Positions 52,884 to 61,481 of a DNA stretch of 64,000 nt are shown piece by piece. The stretch lies in the IMG/VR virus record IMGVR_UViG_3300011547_000001, one strand, 5' to 3'. The notes under the pieces are model-generated. The model worked only from the letters and a program-made list of their open reading frames with translations, was not told the origin of the DNA and did no database searches. Source of the stretch: an uncultured virus (IMG/VR IMGVR_UViG_3300011547_000001). Lineage: Duplodnaviria; Heunggongvirae; Uroviricota; Caudoviricetes. The position numbers and the translations under genes are program-made. How positions within the stretch are numbered: position 1 is the first letter of the stretch; every line of letters starts with the position of its first letter.

Positions 52884-53181
52884 CTTCAACCCCCCCGCAG
52901 GCTTTCTCCAGAAAAGNNNNNNNNNNCTCCTCCAGGGCTTGATGCACTTTTGGGACATCCTCCAACTTGGCAGCAAAGAACTCGTGGGTTCTGTGATATT
53001 GCCACATGCACTCGAAGACAACGCCCTTGGCATAGTCATTGAGCGGATGAAAGAGAATCTTCTCCCGTCCGAACTCACACTCAACCAGCCATTCGATCCC
53101 AATGGCGATAATGCCAGGTTTGATCTCGAACGCAACGTTGTCACGATCGTCCAGCGGGGTCGGCCAGTGGCGTTTAGGCAT
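52867..53181 (-). CDS. Hypothetical protein (~104 aa, contains an N-gap)
   Basis: GGAG SD before MPKRHW. Confidence 0.6.
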   Translation of the reverse strand: MPKRHWPTPLDDRDNVAFEIKPGIIAIGIEWLVECEFGREKILFHPLNDYAKGVVFECMWQYHRTHEFFAAKLEDVPKVHQALEEXXXXFLEKACGGVEDGESS

Positions 53182-53491
53182 TTGCAATTTTCTCCATGTA
53201 ATAATCAATAGACATTCGAACAGATACGTCGTCGTACTTCTTACCCAGGAAAGTAAGAAGCGCGGGGATGTGAGTCGCCCGCTTTACAAAGAAGTGATGA
53301 CGTTCACCGTAGGCGTCCACAACTACAGTGATCCCCTTGAGGTAATCGTGGTGCATCTCATCCACGATCTTGACCCCTTTGAGCTGAGGGGAGGCGCTCA
53401 AAAACTCTTTAGGTCCAAGAGCCTGTTTACCCTCCCCACAGCAAAACACTACATGAGTGCTGTAGGTTGGTGCAGGAAACTTGTTACTCAT
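53174..53491 (-). CDS. Hypothetical protein (105 aa)
   Basis: AAGGAG SD; ATGA coupling. Confidence 0.7.
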   Translation of the reverse strand: MSNKFPAPTYSTHVVFCCGEGKQALGPKEFLSASPQLKGVKIVDEMHHDYLKGITVVVDAYGERHHFFVKRATHIPALLTFLGKKYDDVSVRMSIDYYMEKIANA

Positions 53492-53727
53492 ACAGATGCT
53501 CCTTCCTGTGAGCCATCGTTGATCGAGAGATCGAAACGATCGATCTGTTGCAACCGCTTCTCAAACAGAGCGGCCTTGTTGCGGGCCTCACGACTCAGTT
53601 CACGCAAGTAACGACGCGTTCTGTAATCGTGCTCAGCGCTTGCCCGACGGGAAAGTTTAGCAGCTTCTTGCCGCAGGGAATCAATACGTCGTTGCATCAT
53701 GGCTTTCAGCTTCTCTAAATTTTCCAT
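53488..53727 (-). CDS. Small basic coiled-coil protein (79 aa)
   Basis: First gene after the variant early promoter. Confidence 0.7.
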   Translation of the reverse strand: MENLEKLKAMMQRRIDSLRQEAAKLSRRASAEHDYRTRRYLRELSREARNKAALFEKRLQQIDRFDLSINDGSQEGASV

Positions 53728-53793
53728 CGAGCACCGCCTTAAAGATGTCGATTTGAAATGTTTAGCCCTAACGAATTAGGACGCCTAATCACT

Positions 53794-53814
53794 GTAATGA
53801 TGTAGGTCTGAAAA
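53794..53814 (-). promoter_or_regulatory. Variant early promoter
   Basis: Minus strand TTTTCAGACCTACATCATTAC; overlaps the hairpin TAGGTCT-GAAA-AGACCTA. Confidence 0.5.
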
Positions 53815-53888
53815 GACCTAGAATTTAACGTCCCTTAAACGGCGAAGCGGTCCTATCAATGGATGTTCCAGTACTATTTTATTTACTC

Positions 53889-53897
53889 AATTTTATG
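53889..53897 (+). promoter_or_regulatory. Putative late promoter (AATTTTATG) for the tail-fibre operon
   Basis: TATG-core motif 30 nt upstream of ATG 53927. Confidence 0.45.
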
Positions 53898-53926
53898 TCC
53901 CTGTTCCTCATTATGGATTAACCGCC

Positions 53927-54508
53927 ATGGCCTCTGTAAACGAACAACTTTTCCTGGACAGGTTCATCGAGTATAACAAACACCGTTATGCCGATAATCC
54001 GTCCTTTGTTGCAAAGCTGGACCAACTGGACATCGCCAACGTTACTTTCGGTGACTTCCAGCGGACCGAGAACACCCCCGGTGAAGTTCTCTACACCGTC
54101 GACATCTCATCGCCGAAGCTGTTCAACGGCGCGGAGCAGAGTTACAAACCCGCCAGTTATATCAGCGACAAAGCTTCCACCGTTGTCGAAGAGGAGCCGC
54201 TGACCCTGGAGGAGCTGCGTAAACGTGTTGTCCCCGGCATTTACAAACTCCTGGATGGAGAAAACGTAGTGGGGGCGGTACTGGTTTTGAATGGAGAGAA
54301 GACCACCGAAATGGTGCTCAACCTGGTGCAGGACAGCGCACGGTTTGATATCGATGAAGTGGGAATCATTATCGACGCACAAGTTGCGTCTGTGGACATT
54401 GAGTCCCACACCATCGTCGGTCGGTTGACTGTTGTGGAAGGTCTGTTTGATCAGTTCCCTCGCTACAACGGTCAATACCGCTGCGACGGTTCAGTTAGCG
54501 CACTTTAG
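53927..54508 (+). CDS. Probable tail/baseplate-associated virion protein (193 aa)
   Basis: First gene of the tail-fibre operon; C-terminal RYNGQYRCDG motif of a type seen in tail proteins. Confidence 0.7.
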   Translation: MASVNEQLFLDRFIEYNKHRYADNPSFVAKLDQLDIANVTFGDFQRTENTPGEVLYTVDISSPKLFNGAEQSYKPASYISDKASTVVEEEPLTLEELRKRVVPGIYKLLDGENVVGAVLVLNGEKTTEMVLNLVQDSARFDIDEVGIIIDAQVASVDIESHTIVGRLTVVEGLFDQFPRYNGQYRCDGSVSAL

Positions 54509-54521
54509 GCCAAGAGGATAG

Positions 54522-57500
54522 ATGATGGCTATCAATGACGAAACAGTAACACCCGGGGAACTCCAACCCATTCAGGAACCGGCGGTCTGGGTAGAACATC
54601 TGCCCGCAATGGAGAGTACCGTAATTCTCCGTGCTGGCGACGATGGTCTGGGTGCGTTGAACTTCCAGGCTCGCGCCCTGGACTCTCGTACCCGCTACCT
54701 GTTGGCCATGTTCAACGGCCTGACTGGTAACGGTATCATTCTGAAGGGTCATCTGGACTCCGAAGCAGAGCTGAACGCCATTCCAACCGAAGGGCTGCAA
54801 GTAGGTACCGCGTACTTCGTGGACTTCGCTCTGCGTGCGTGGAACGGCACCATCTGGGCCTCCTCCGGCAGCTTGCAGGGCGACCGTGGCATTACCCTGC
54901 TGGGGACCTGGCCCGATGAGTTGTCTCTGCCAAACGTGGCCGAGTACAAACTCGGTGATGCGTTCACCTGGAACCATGACGTATGGATCCTGGTCCCTGG
55001 TAACGAGGACACCGACCCGAACAAGTGGGAGAACCTGAACATCCGCGGTAAGGATGGTAAGAGCACCTACGAGATCTGGCTGGAAATCCCTGGTAATGAA
55101 GGCGGTTCGTACAACGACTTCATGATCGCTCAGAAAGGCCGTGATGGTGACGACGCACCTACCGCCTGGTTCAAACGTCCCGGCAACGAGGACAAGACCC
55201 TTGCTGACTACGACGCCTACTACAAGGGTTTGAAAGGCGATACGGGTGCGCCTCGTGCCGCATTCGTTGTAGCGGGTGCCAAAGCCACCACCGGCGATCT
55301 TCCACGCCCTGGTGACGAAACCAAAGCCTGGTACGTGGGTATCGACCTGTACGTCTGGGTCGAAGAAGACACCGATTACATCATGATCCCAGGTGTGGCC
55401 GGTAAGTCCATGTACGAGATGTGGCTCGAGAAACCCGGTAACGCCGGTAAGACCGAAGCCGAAATGTGGGAAGATCTAAAGGGTGAGCCTGGTAACGACT
55501 CTACTGTACCGGGCCCACCGGGTGCAGACGGTCGTAACCTGCGCAACCTGGGTACTCGCGAAAACGTGGCCGAGATCCGCGCTATCGAAGACCCCGATGA
55601 CCAAGATGCGTATTGCGCACTGGATACCGGCCATCTGTGGATGTACATCGTTCCGAAGAACGAAGAAGTCGGCGTCTGGACTGACCTCGGCCCATGGCGC
55701 GGTATTGACGGTAAAAACGCTTACGAACTCTGGTTGGAGGACGGTCACGAAGGGGCTTCCATTGAAGACTTCTGGAACTTCTTCCGTGGTACCAGCCTGG
55801 TTCTGCGTGGCGTTGTTCCTACCATGGCTGGTCTGCCAGCCAACCCAGAAGAGCAGTGGATCTACGGCGTCCGCGATGAAAGCACCGTCTACATGTATTT
55901 GGACGGCGGTTGGGTATCCATGGGTACCTTTGGCAAGGACGGCGAGAACGGCAAGTCGACCTTCCAGGAATGGAAAGACGACGGTCACCCTGACGGCACC
56001 CTGGAGGAGTTCTGGGAAGCGCAACGAGGTAAGGACGGGGTTAACCTGGACTACATCAAGATCCTCACCCCAGAGGCTCCTGAGCCGCCTGAACCTACCG
56101 AGGAGAACAAGGGCAAGGCGTACATTTCCGAAGACCACTACGTCTGGATCAACATCACTGGCTCCAACTGGGAGAACGCCGGCCCGTTCCAGCCAGCAGG
56201 TGAACGCGGTCTTGACGGTCAGATGTGGATCCCGAAAGGGATGGTGCCTACTGCCGCTGATCTGCCAGGCGCTCAAGTAGCTGAAAAAGGTTGGGCGTAC
56301 GGTGTTGCCGAGACCGGTTTGGTTCACGTTTACGACGGAGAATATTGGTCGGCTGGTATTGACCTGCGTTCCGTCGTACCTGGTCCACCGGGTAACGATG
56401 GCGCTCCTGGCGCGCTGATGCCGATTCTGGATATCTATGAGTCCATGGCGGAACTGGTAGCAGCCCATCCAACCGGTTCTCTGGGCGACGCGTATCTGAT
56501 CGTAGATGACAACGTTGAGCCTGCGATTCGTGATCTGGTCATCTGGTCTCCGTCCACCAGTGCTTGGAAGAACACCGGACCTGCTGGCATCCCTGGCGCG
56601 GACGGTAAAAAGGGTGAGCCTGGTAACGACTCTACTGTACCGGGCCCTCAGGGCAGTCGCTGGTTGAACCTTGATTCCCTCGAACCACCAAGCAATACCT
56701 TTAACGGCCGCGAAGGCGACTGGGCCGTCAACAAGCTTAACCGCATCTACTACAAGTCCCCTACCGGTTGGGTGCAGTGGGGTACTCTGGTAGCGGGTGA
56801 CGTCAACTCCCCTCTGCCATCGGAAGGCAAGGTTGTGCGTTATGGAACCACTTGGATCCCACTCCCAGTGGACGAAGTCATCAACCCACAAACTGGTGAG
56901 TATTACGTTCGCCAGCGCGTGGGAACAACCGATAAAACCGCTTGGGTTACCATGCCGAAAGGTATTGCCGACCTTAGCCTGAATAACGGCATTCAGTACG
57001 TTCGGGTCTTCGAGATTGATGGCACTGTTCCTATCTGGAAACAGATCGCGTTCCCAGAACCTGGTATCGGCGAGGTGCCGAATCCAGAAGAGAACGCCCT
57101 CTACCTGCGGAACGGTTTCGGGCATTCCTGGACGAAGTATGTCCAGGCACCAAGCAACGGCAAGACCTACGTCCAGAAGAATGGTGAGTTCATCTCCCTG
57201 GACCGTATGGACTATCCGATCAAACGGGTTAATGCCTCCGATACCCTGGACCCACTGGTTAACCAGGCACTGCGTATCGATAACAGCTCTGCAACCTCGA
57301 AGACCATCACGCTCAATGCGGGTGTCGGTGGTGGGGCTGGTGTTGAGCGCGCAATGCTCGTACCGGTGATCATTGTCGGTAAGGTGGGTGCGGTTACCTT
57401 CGCAGGCGCCAACGGCGTCACGCTGGAGTGGGATAAAGCCACTGTCCCGACGATCACGAACAAACTGACCATTCTGTCCTTCTTCTGGACGGGTGAGCAG

Positions 57501-57533
57501 TGGGTTGGTTCCGTCGGTCCTAAAGTACCTTGA
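54522..57533 (+). CDS. Tail fibre protein with collagen-like and tandem modular repeats
   Basis: N-terminal anchor (LNFQARALDSRTRYL), repeated GKSxYExWLE modules, GPPG/GEPG collagen stretches and Trp-rich ~50-aa repeats. Confidence 0.85.
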   Translation: MMAINDETVTPGELQPIQEPAVWVEHLPAMESTVILRAGDDGLGALNFQARALDSRTRYLLAMFNGLTGNGIILKGHLDSEAELNAIPTEGLQVGTAYFVDFALRAWNGTIWASSGSLQGDRGITLLGTWPDELSLPNVAEYKLGDAFTWNHDVWILVPGNEDTDPNKWENLNIRGKDGKSTYEIWLEIPGNEGGSYNDFMIAQKGRDGDDAPTAWFKRPGNEDKTLADYDAYYKGLKGDTGAPRAAFVVAGAKATTGDLPRPGDETKAWYVGIDLYVWVEEDTDYIMIPGVAGKSMYEMWLEKPGNAGKTEAEMWEDLKGEPGNDSTVPGPPGADGRNLRNLGTRENVAEIRAIEDPDDQDAYCALDTGHLWMYIVPKNEEVGVWTDLGPWRGIDGKNAYELWLEDGHEGASIEDFWNFFRGTSLVLRGVVPTMAGLPANPEEQWIYGVRDESTVYMYLDGGWVSMGTFGKDGENGKSTFQEWKDDGHPDGTLEEFWEAQRGKDGVNLDYIKILTPEAPEPPEPTEENKGKAYISEDHYVWINITGSNWENAGPFQPAGERGLDGQMWIPKGMVPTAADLPGAQVAEKGWAYGVAETGLVHVYDGEYWSAGIDLRSVVPGPPGNDGAPGALMPILDIYESMAELVAAHPTGSLGDAYLIVDDNVEPAIRDLVIWSPSTSAWKNTGPAGIPGADGKKGEPGNDSTVPGPQGSRWLNLDSLEPPSNTFNGREGDWAVNKLNRIYYKSPTGWVQWGTLVAGDVNSPLPSEGKVVRYGTTWIPLPVDEVINPQTGEYYVRQRVGTTDKTAWVTMPKGIADLSLNNGIQYVRVFEIDGTVPIWKQIAFPEPGIGEVPNPEENALYLRNGFGHSWTKYVQAPSNGKTYVQKNGEFISLDRMDYPIKRVNASDTLDPLVNQALRIDNSSATSKTITLNAGVGGGAGVERAMLVPVIIVGKVGAVTFAGANGVTLEWDKATVPTITNKLTILSFFWTGEQWVGSVGPKVP
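55478..56647 (+). repeat. 39-bp exact direct repeat (55478-55516 and 56609-56647)
   Basis: AAAGGGTGAGCCTGGTAACGACTCTACTGTACCGGGCCC occurs twice, 1131 bp apart and in frame. Confidence 0.9.
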
Positions 57534-57589
57534 TTCGGTGGGCCTTCCTTTCGGGGAAGGTCCATCCCCTTTCTGCAAAGGAATTCATC

Positions 57590-58255
57590 ATGATCGTTGA
57601 TCCCAATACCCTTTTGGTTCGCGTTGCTGAAGACGGTTCCACTGAATACCCGCTTCGTCTGTCGGACATGAAGCGTTGTTTCCCAAACACTTGGCTGCCC
57701 AGCGAAGACGTTGAGTCCGAACTGCTGGAAAGCCTCGGGGTGTTCGTGGTAGAACTTACCGAACGTCCAGTAGCGGACGTCGTCACTGAACTTCCACCTG
57801 TACTGGACGAAGAAGTCTGGCGGCAGGCGTGGTTCAGCCGTTCGTACACCCCAGAAGAGACTCAGTCGTCTCTGGACGGCTACAAAGCCAAACACCTGCT
57901 CAACATCGAAGCCTGGCGCGTGGCGCAGTTCCGCATCGGGTTCCCATTCCTCGCCCCTGACGCTGAGATCTATCACGTTCAAATCCGTGATACTGACCGC
58001 GTGAACATTCTGGGGCGTTACACCAAAGCCAAGGAGGCTATCGCCGAGAACAAAGAGGTGACGTTTGAATTCCGCATGTACGAGAACGTCTCGGTCACCC
58101 TCACGCCTGAAGAGATGGTGGAGATGGGCAACCAGAGCGATGCTCAAGTCCTGGCAGGTTATCAGCTCACTTGGTCTTTGAAAGATCAGACCACCAACGC
58201 GACCACCTTCGAAGAAATCCCACCCATCCCGGATGAGATGTTCACTGCGCTTTAA
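57590..58255 (+). CDS. Tail fibre assembly/chaperone protein (DUF4376-like)
   Basis: Follows the fibre gene; VQIRDTDRVNI...FRMYENVSVTLTPEEM...WSLKDQ pattern. Confidence 0.7.
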   Translation: MIVDPNTLLVRVAEDGSTEYPLRLSDMKRCFPNTWLPSEDVESELLESLGVFVVELTERPVADVVTELPPVLDEEVWRQAWFSRSYTPEETQSSLDGYKAKHLLNIEAWRVAQFRIGFPFLAPDAEIYHVQIRDTDRVNILGRYTKAKEAIAENKEVTFEFRMYENVSVTLTPEEMVEMGNQSDAQVLAGYQLTWSLKDQTTNATTFEEIPPIPDEMFTAL

Positions 58256-58266
58256 GGAGTATTTCC

Positions 58267-58974
58267 ATGATTGAATTACTCCCTTTCTCCGGGGTTGCTG
58301 AAGACTCCGGTAATAGCGCCGAAGGTTTCTTCTTCTACAACGGCCCGGGCACTCAGAGCATCGCCATCACCAAGTCAGGTGGAGCGAACTACGAGGCCAC
58401 TCCAACCATTGACGCCAAGACAATGGTGCTCACAGCCGTTACCGACCGGGTAACGATCACCCTGGGGACTGCAATTGATTTGCTCAACCAGGATTGGACG
58501 TTTGAGTGGTCCACCATCAACACGACCGATCAGGTTGCAGGCTATGCTTCGGAGGTTATGTTCCACTCCGGCGCGCCTGATGACTCCGCAGTGCTCATTG
58601 CGCGTTATGGTGATGCTGGCTTCGGAAACCGTCTTCAGTTCGGCGGTCGGATGGCAACGCTCCAGACGTGCTACGCAGCGCCTTTCAACAAGGCCAACAT
58701 GGTAGGTATGTTGAATCGTTTCGCCCTCGTCCAGAAAGACAAGAACATCTCGTTCTTCGCCAACGGCGTTAAACAACTGTTTGCCGCTGGCACGGGTTAT
58801 AGCTACGATATCCCGTCGTTTGTCAACGACGTGCAAGTTGCAAACCTGAGGCGCATCATCTTGGGGGATTGGCTGAATGGCGGTAGTGGTGCCGTTCCAG
58901 CTAAACGAGGGCCGATGCGTCTCACTATGGACGCACTCTACGACGCCAACTACACGCCAACACCAATCGGCTGA
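58267..58974 (+). CDS. Virion protein, probable lectin/LamG-like beta-sandwich
   Basis: DWTFEW, RFALVQKDKNISFFANGVKQ, RLTMDALYDANYTP. Confidence 0.65.
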   Translation: MIELLPFSGVAEDSGNSAEGFFFYNGPGTQSIAITKSGGANYEATPTIDAKTMVLTAVTDRVTITLGTAIDLLNQDWTFEWSTINTTDQVAGYASEVMFHSGAPDDSAVLIARYGDAGFGNRLQFGGRMATLQTCYAAPFNKANMVGMLNRFALVQKDKNISFFANGVKQLFAAGTGYSYDIPSFVNDVQVANLRRIILGDWLNGGSGAVPAKRGPMRLTMDALYDANYTPTPIG

Positions 58975-58993
58975 TTCGTACGGACGGTGGATT

Positions 58994-59659
58994 ATGATTG
59001 ATAACTTGCTGTATGTGAACGCATCAGGAGGGAATGATAATGGCTATCCTGACGACGATTTCTTAGGAGAGGTCACCGCTGCCAGTTTCATTACTGGTCC
59101 TGCGCTGGCGACTGCCATTGGCCTTACCTGGGGCGTAGAAATTAACACGGAGGTTGGGTGGCTGCGTTTCTTGGTCGCCGGCAAACAGGTATGGGTCGCT
59201 AAACGACCCTTCCGTTATCAGATCTCTTGGAACAATCTCAACGACATTGGTTGTGCGCTTGGGACTAAGACGATTTCATTTGGGGGCAAAACCTACAAGG
59301 TTCGTCTTATCCGTGCGGCGGAAGCCGATCCGTCCGCCTGGGATATTCCAACCCAAGGTCAGGATAACCCGGCTATATTCCAAGCCTCGGAATGGAATCG
59401 TCTCATCCTCAGGGTCAGCGCTAACAACCCTGGGCCGGCTGGTAACTGGGCCGCTTACACCGACGCTGATCTCGGGGTAGCAAGCGGGGCAGGAGCAAGG
59501 TCCCTGGGGATGGAGAGGATAGCCGCAAACCCTGGGTACAACGTTGGGCGCGGTTTCCCAGAAGCGCGGTGGGTAAACTACCAGAACCTCGGTGATGGTC
59601 CAGGCAACCCCTCGTTCAACAACCATGGCTGGCGGCCTGTATTGGAGCTGGTTGGATAA
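58994..59659 (+). CDS. Virion structural protein of the phiKZ gp131-like paralog family
   Basis: FLGEV, GWLRF..AKRPFRYQISW, SEWNRLI and GWRPVLEL motifs. Confidence 0.75.
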   Translation: MIDNLLYVNASGGNDNGYPDDDFLGEVTAASFITGPALATAIGLTWGVEINTEVGWLRFLVAGKQVWVAKRPFRYQISWNNLNDIGCALGTKTISFGGKTYKVRLIRAAEADPSAWDIPTQGQDNPAIFQASEWNRLILRVSANNPGPAGNWAAYTDADLGVASGAGARSLGMERIAANPGYNVGRGFPEARWVNYQNLGDGPGNPSFNNHGWRPVLELVG

Positions 59660-59668
59660 GGAGAAGTC

Positions 59669-60127
59669 ATGAGTACATTTACGCGCTTCAGTGCACAAGA
59701 GCAATTGGTTTATAACAAAAGCTTAAGCTTGCTGGCCGGTAAGGATATCTGGAACACTGTTCCTGGTTTCCGTTATTACATCGGTCATGAGGGATCCGGT
59801 GAGTACGTAGATGTCGAAAGTGGCTTCGCGACAGATGGTGGTACGATTCCTCGTATTGCCTGGTCGATCATTCCCGTGGTTGGGGAATACTCTCAGTGCT
59901 TCTCGTTACATGATAAGCTTTGCACCACGTACTACATCATCGTGGAGAACGAGAACGGCATCCGCAAGGTCCCCATTACTCGTAAACGCATTGACGAGAT
60001 CCTCAAGGAGTCCATGGACGTGATGGAAGTCACTCCTTGGAAGAAACATGTCATCATGACGTTCGTCACGCTGTACCGCTGGATCAAGAATCCGACTGAA
60101 CCAAAGCCGGTCTTCAAGCCAGTTTGA
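59669..60127 (+). CDS. DUF1353-family protein
   Basis: GFATDGGTIPR..W...LHDKL...RKRIDEIL. Confidence 0.85.
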   Translation: MSTFTRFSAQEQLVYNKSLSLLAGKDIWNTVPGFRYYIGHEGSGEYVDVESGFATDGGTIPRIAWSIIPVVGEYSQCFSLHDKLCTTYYIIVENENGIRKVPITRKRIDEILKESMDVMEVTPWKKHVIMTFVTLYRWIKNPTEPKPVFKPV

Positions 60128-60144
60128 AGCAAAAAAAGAAAGGT

Positions 60145-60176
60145 ATAACCAGGCTCCCCTAGGGGAGCCTGGTTAT
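60145..60176. terminator. 32-bp perfect palindrome/bidirectional terminator
   Basis: ATAACCAGGCTCCCCT|AGGGGAGCCTGGTTAT between convergent genes. Confidence 0.85.
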
Positions 60177-60181
60177 TACTG

Positions 60182-60715
60182 TTATACGAACTGCTCGATG
60201 TTTTCTTGTGCGTATTTCAAAGTACGAGCCGCCAGCTCTTCCGATTGATGCAGGTAGTTGAACTGAGCGAACATGGCTTCAACTTCCCATGGGAAGTGCA
60301 TGTAAGCACTAGGGAGTGGTTTGTGAACATTGTAGTATTCACCTTCCCAGTACAACTCTTCTTTGACAGTCTGAACCAAACGCCCAGACCGCACTTGCTT
60401 AACGTGTTCCAGCTCATGAACGATAACGCTTGGGATCGCACGGGGAACCAGGTGCTCTGGATACCCGGCGGTAGCAACCGAAACCTTCTCGGGGAACAGA
60501 ACCAAAGTCAGCTCTGTTTTGTCGCTACCATCCAGAACAGCCATGGTCTCCAGATTGATATGAGAGACAAAGGCTGCTGCGTTAACTTCCGCCGCATCTG
60601 GGAACATCTCATAATCACCCAACACAACAGTGACGTCATGCTCGCTGACCAGGTTAAAACTTTCCTCACCAAAGATGGTGATGAATTCTTCTTTGGTGCT
60701 GTTGAACAGTTTCAT
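60182..60715 (-). CDS. Zinc metallopeptidase-like protein (HEXXH)
   Basis: VHELEHVKQ with downstream PWEVEA; start MKLFN at 60715, downstream of an early promoter. Confidence 0.8.
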   Translation of the reverse strand: MKLFNSTKEEFITIFGEESFNLVSEHDVTVVLGDYEMFPDAAEVNAAAFVSHINLETMAVLDGSDKTELTLVLFPEKVSVATAGYPEHLVPRAIPSVIVHELEHVKQVRSGRLVQTVKEELYWEGEYYNVHKPLPSAYMHFPWEVEAMFAQFNYLHQSEELAARTLKYAQENIEQFV

Positions 60716-60757
60716 ATAAATACCTGTAGGGTTAGAACCATTAGTTGGTTTACTGCC

Positions 60758-60794
60758 CAGGTTATATAGGTTTGAAAACAAATGCAAGTTAAAT
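60758..60794 (-). promoter_or_regulatory. Putative phage early promoter, extended form
   Basis: Minus strand ATTTAACTTGCATTTGTTTTCAAACCTATATAACCTG. Confidence 0.75.
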
Positions 60795-60831
60795 ATAACC
60801 CTCTCTAGCCCCAGGGGCTAGAGAGGGTTAT
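60795..60831. terminator. Near-perfect palindrome/terminator (18-bp arms)
   Basis: ATAACCCTCTCTAGCCCC-A-GGGGCTAGAGAGGGTTAT. Confidence 0.85.
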
Positions 60832-60839
60832 TAGCGGGT

Positions 60840-61481
60840 TTAGACGAAGGTGTCTTTTGCTTTTGCCGGAGTAAGCTGTTCGACACGCTGGAGAAGGTTA
60901 CCCGCCTTGGTGCACGAGTAGACCACGTCGTTACCTTCATGAGTCTTGACGTAGTGTTTCACGCGCATCTCGTCGTGGTTGACTTCGGTCCTGATCCAGC
61001 GTTCGCCTTCGGCCAGGGTCGGAACAGTGGTGTTGTAGCCGATAACGTCCAGAGCACCCTCGCCAACCAAACCACCGAGGGTACCTTCGCCCAGGCGTTC
61101 ATTGACCCCATCGAGTTCCTTCTGACGGCGGGCCAGTTCTTCCTTATGACGCTCACCGATCTCAGCGCGGCGCTTGTCTACTTCCAGGGCCAGACGGTCC
61201 TGCCAGTTATCAGGATTCTCCAGATACAGGTTCAGCAGGAAGTGGATTACGAACGCCTGACTGGCTTCTTGAGAAGGCCCGATGTCCGGGTGAGAGGTTT
61301 GACGGAAGACGTCGGCGATGTTAAAGCACTGACGCGCGGGCATTCCCATGATGACATTAAGGGTATGGTTCAGCGGTGGGAGCTGTACGACAGGGCGCCC
61401 CTCGCCATCAGCTTGAATAGGAACAACAGGGAGTTGCAGACCACGGAATACAGTTTGATGTTCTTTGGTGAGTTCGTTCAT
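60840..61481 (-). CDS. Hypothetical protein (213 aa)
   Basis: AAGGA SD; ATGA coupling. Confidence 0.8.
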   Translation of the reverse strand: MNELTKEHQTVFRGLQLPVVPIQADGEGRPVVQLPPLNHTLNVIMGMPARQCFNIADVFRQTSHPDIGPSQEASQAFVIHFLLNLYLENPDNWQDRLALEVDKRRAEIGERHKEELARRQKELDGVNERLGEGTLGGLVGEGALDVIGYNTTVPTLAEGERWIRTEVNHDEMRVKHYVKTHEGNDVVYSCTKAGNLLQRVEQLTPAKAKDTFV

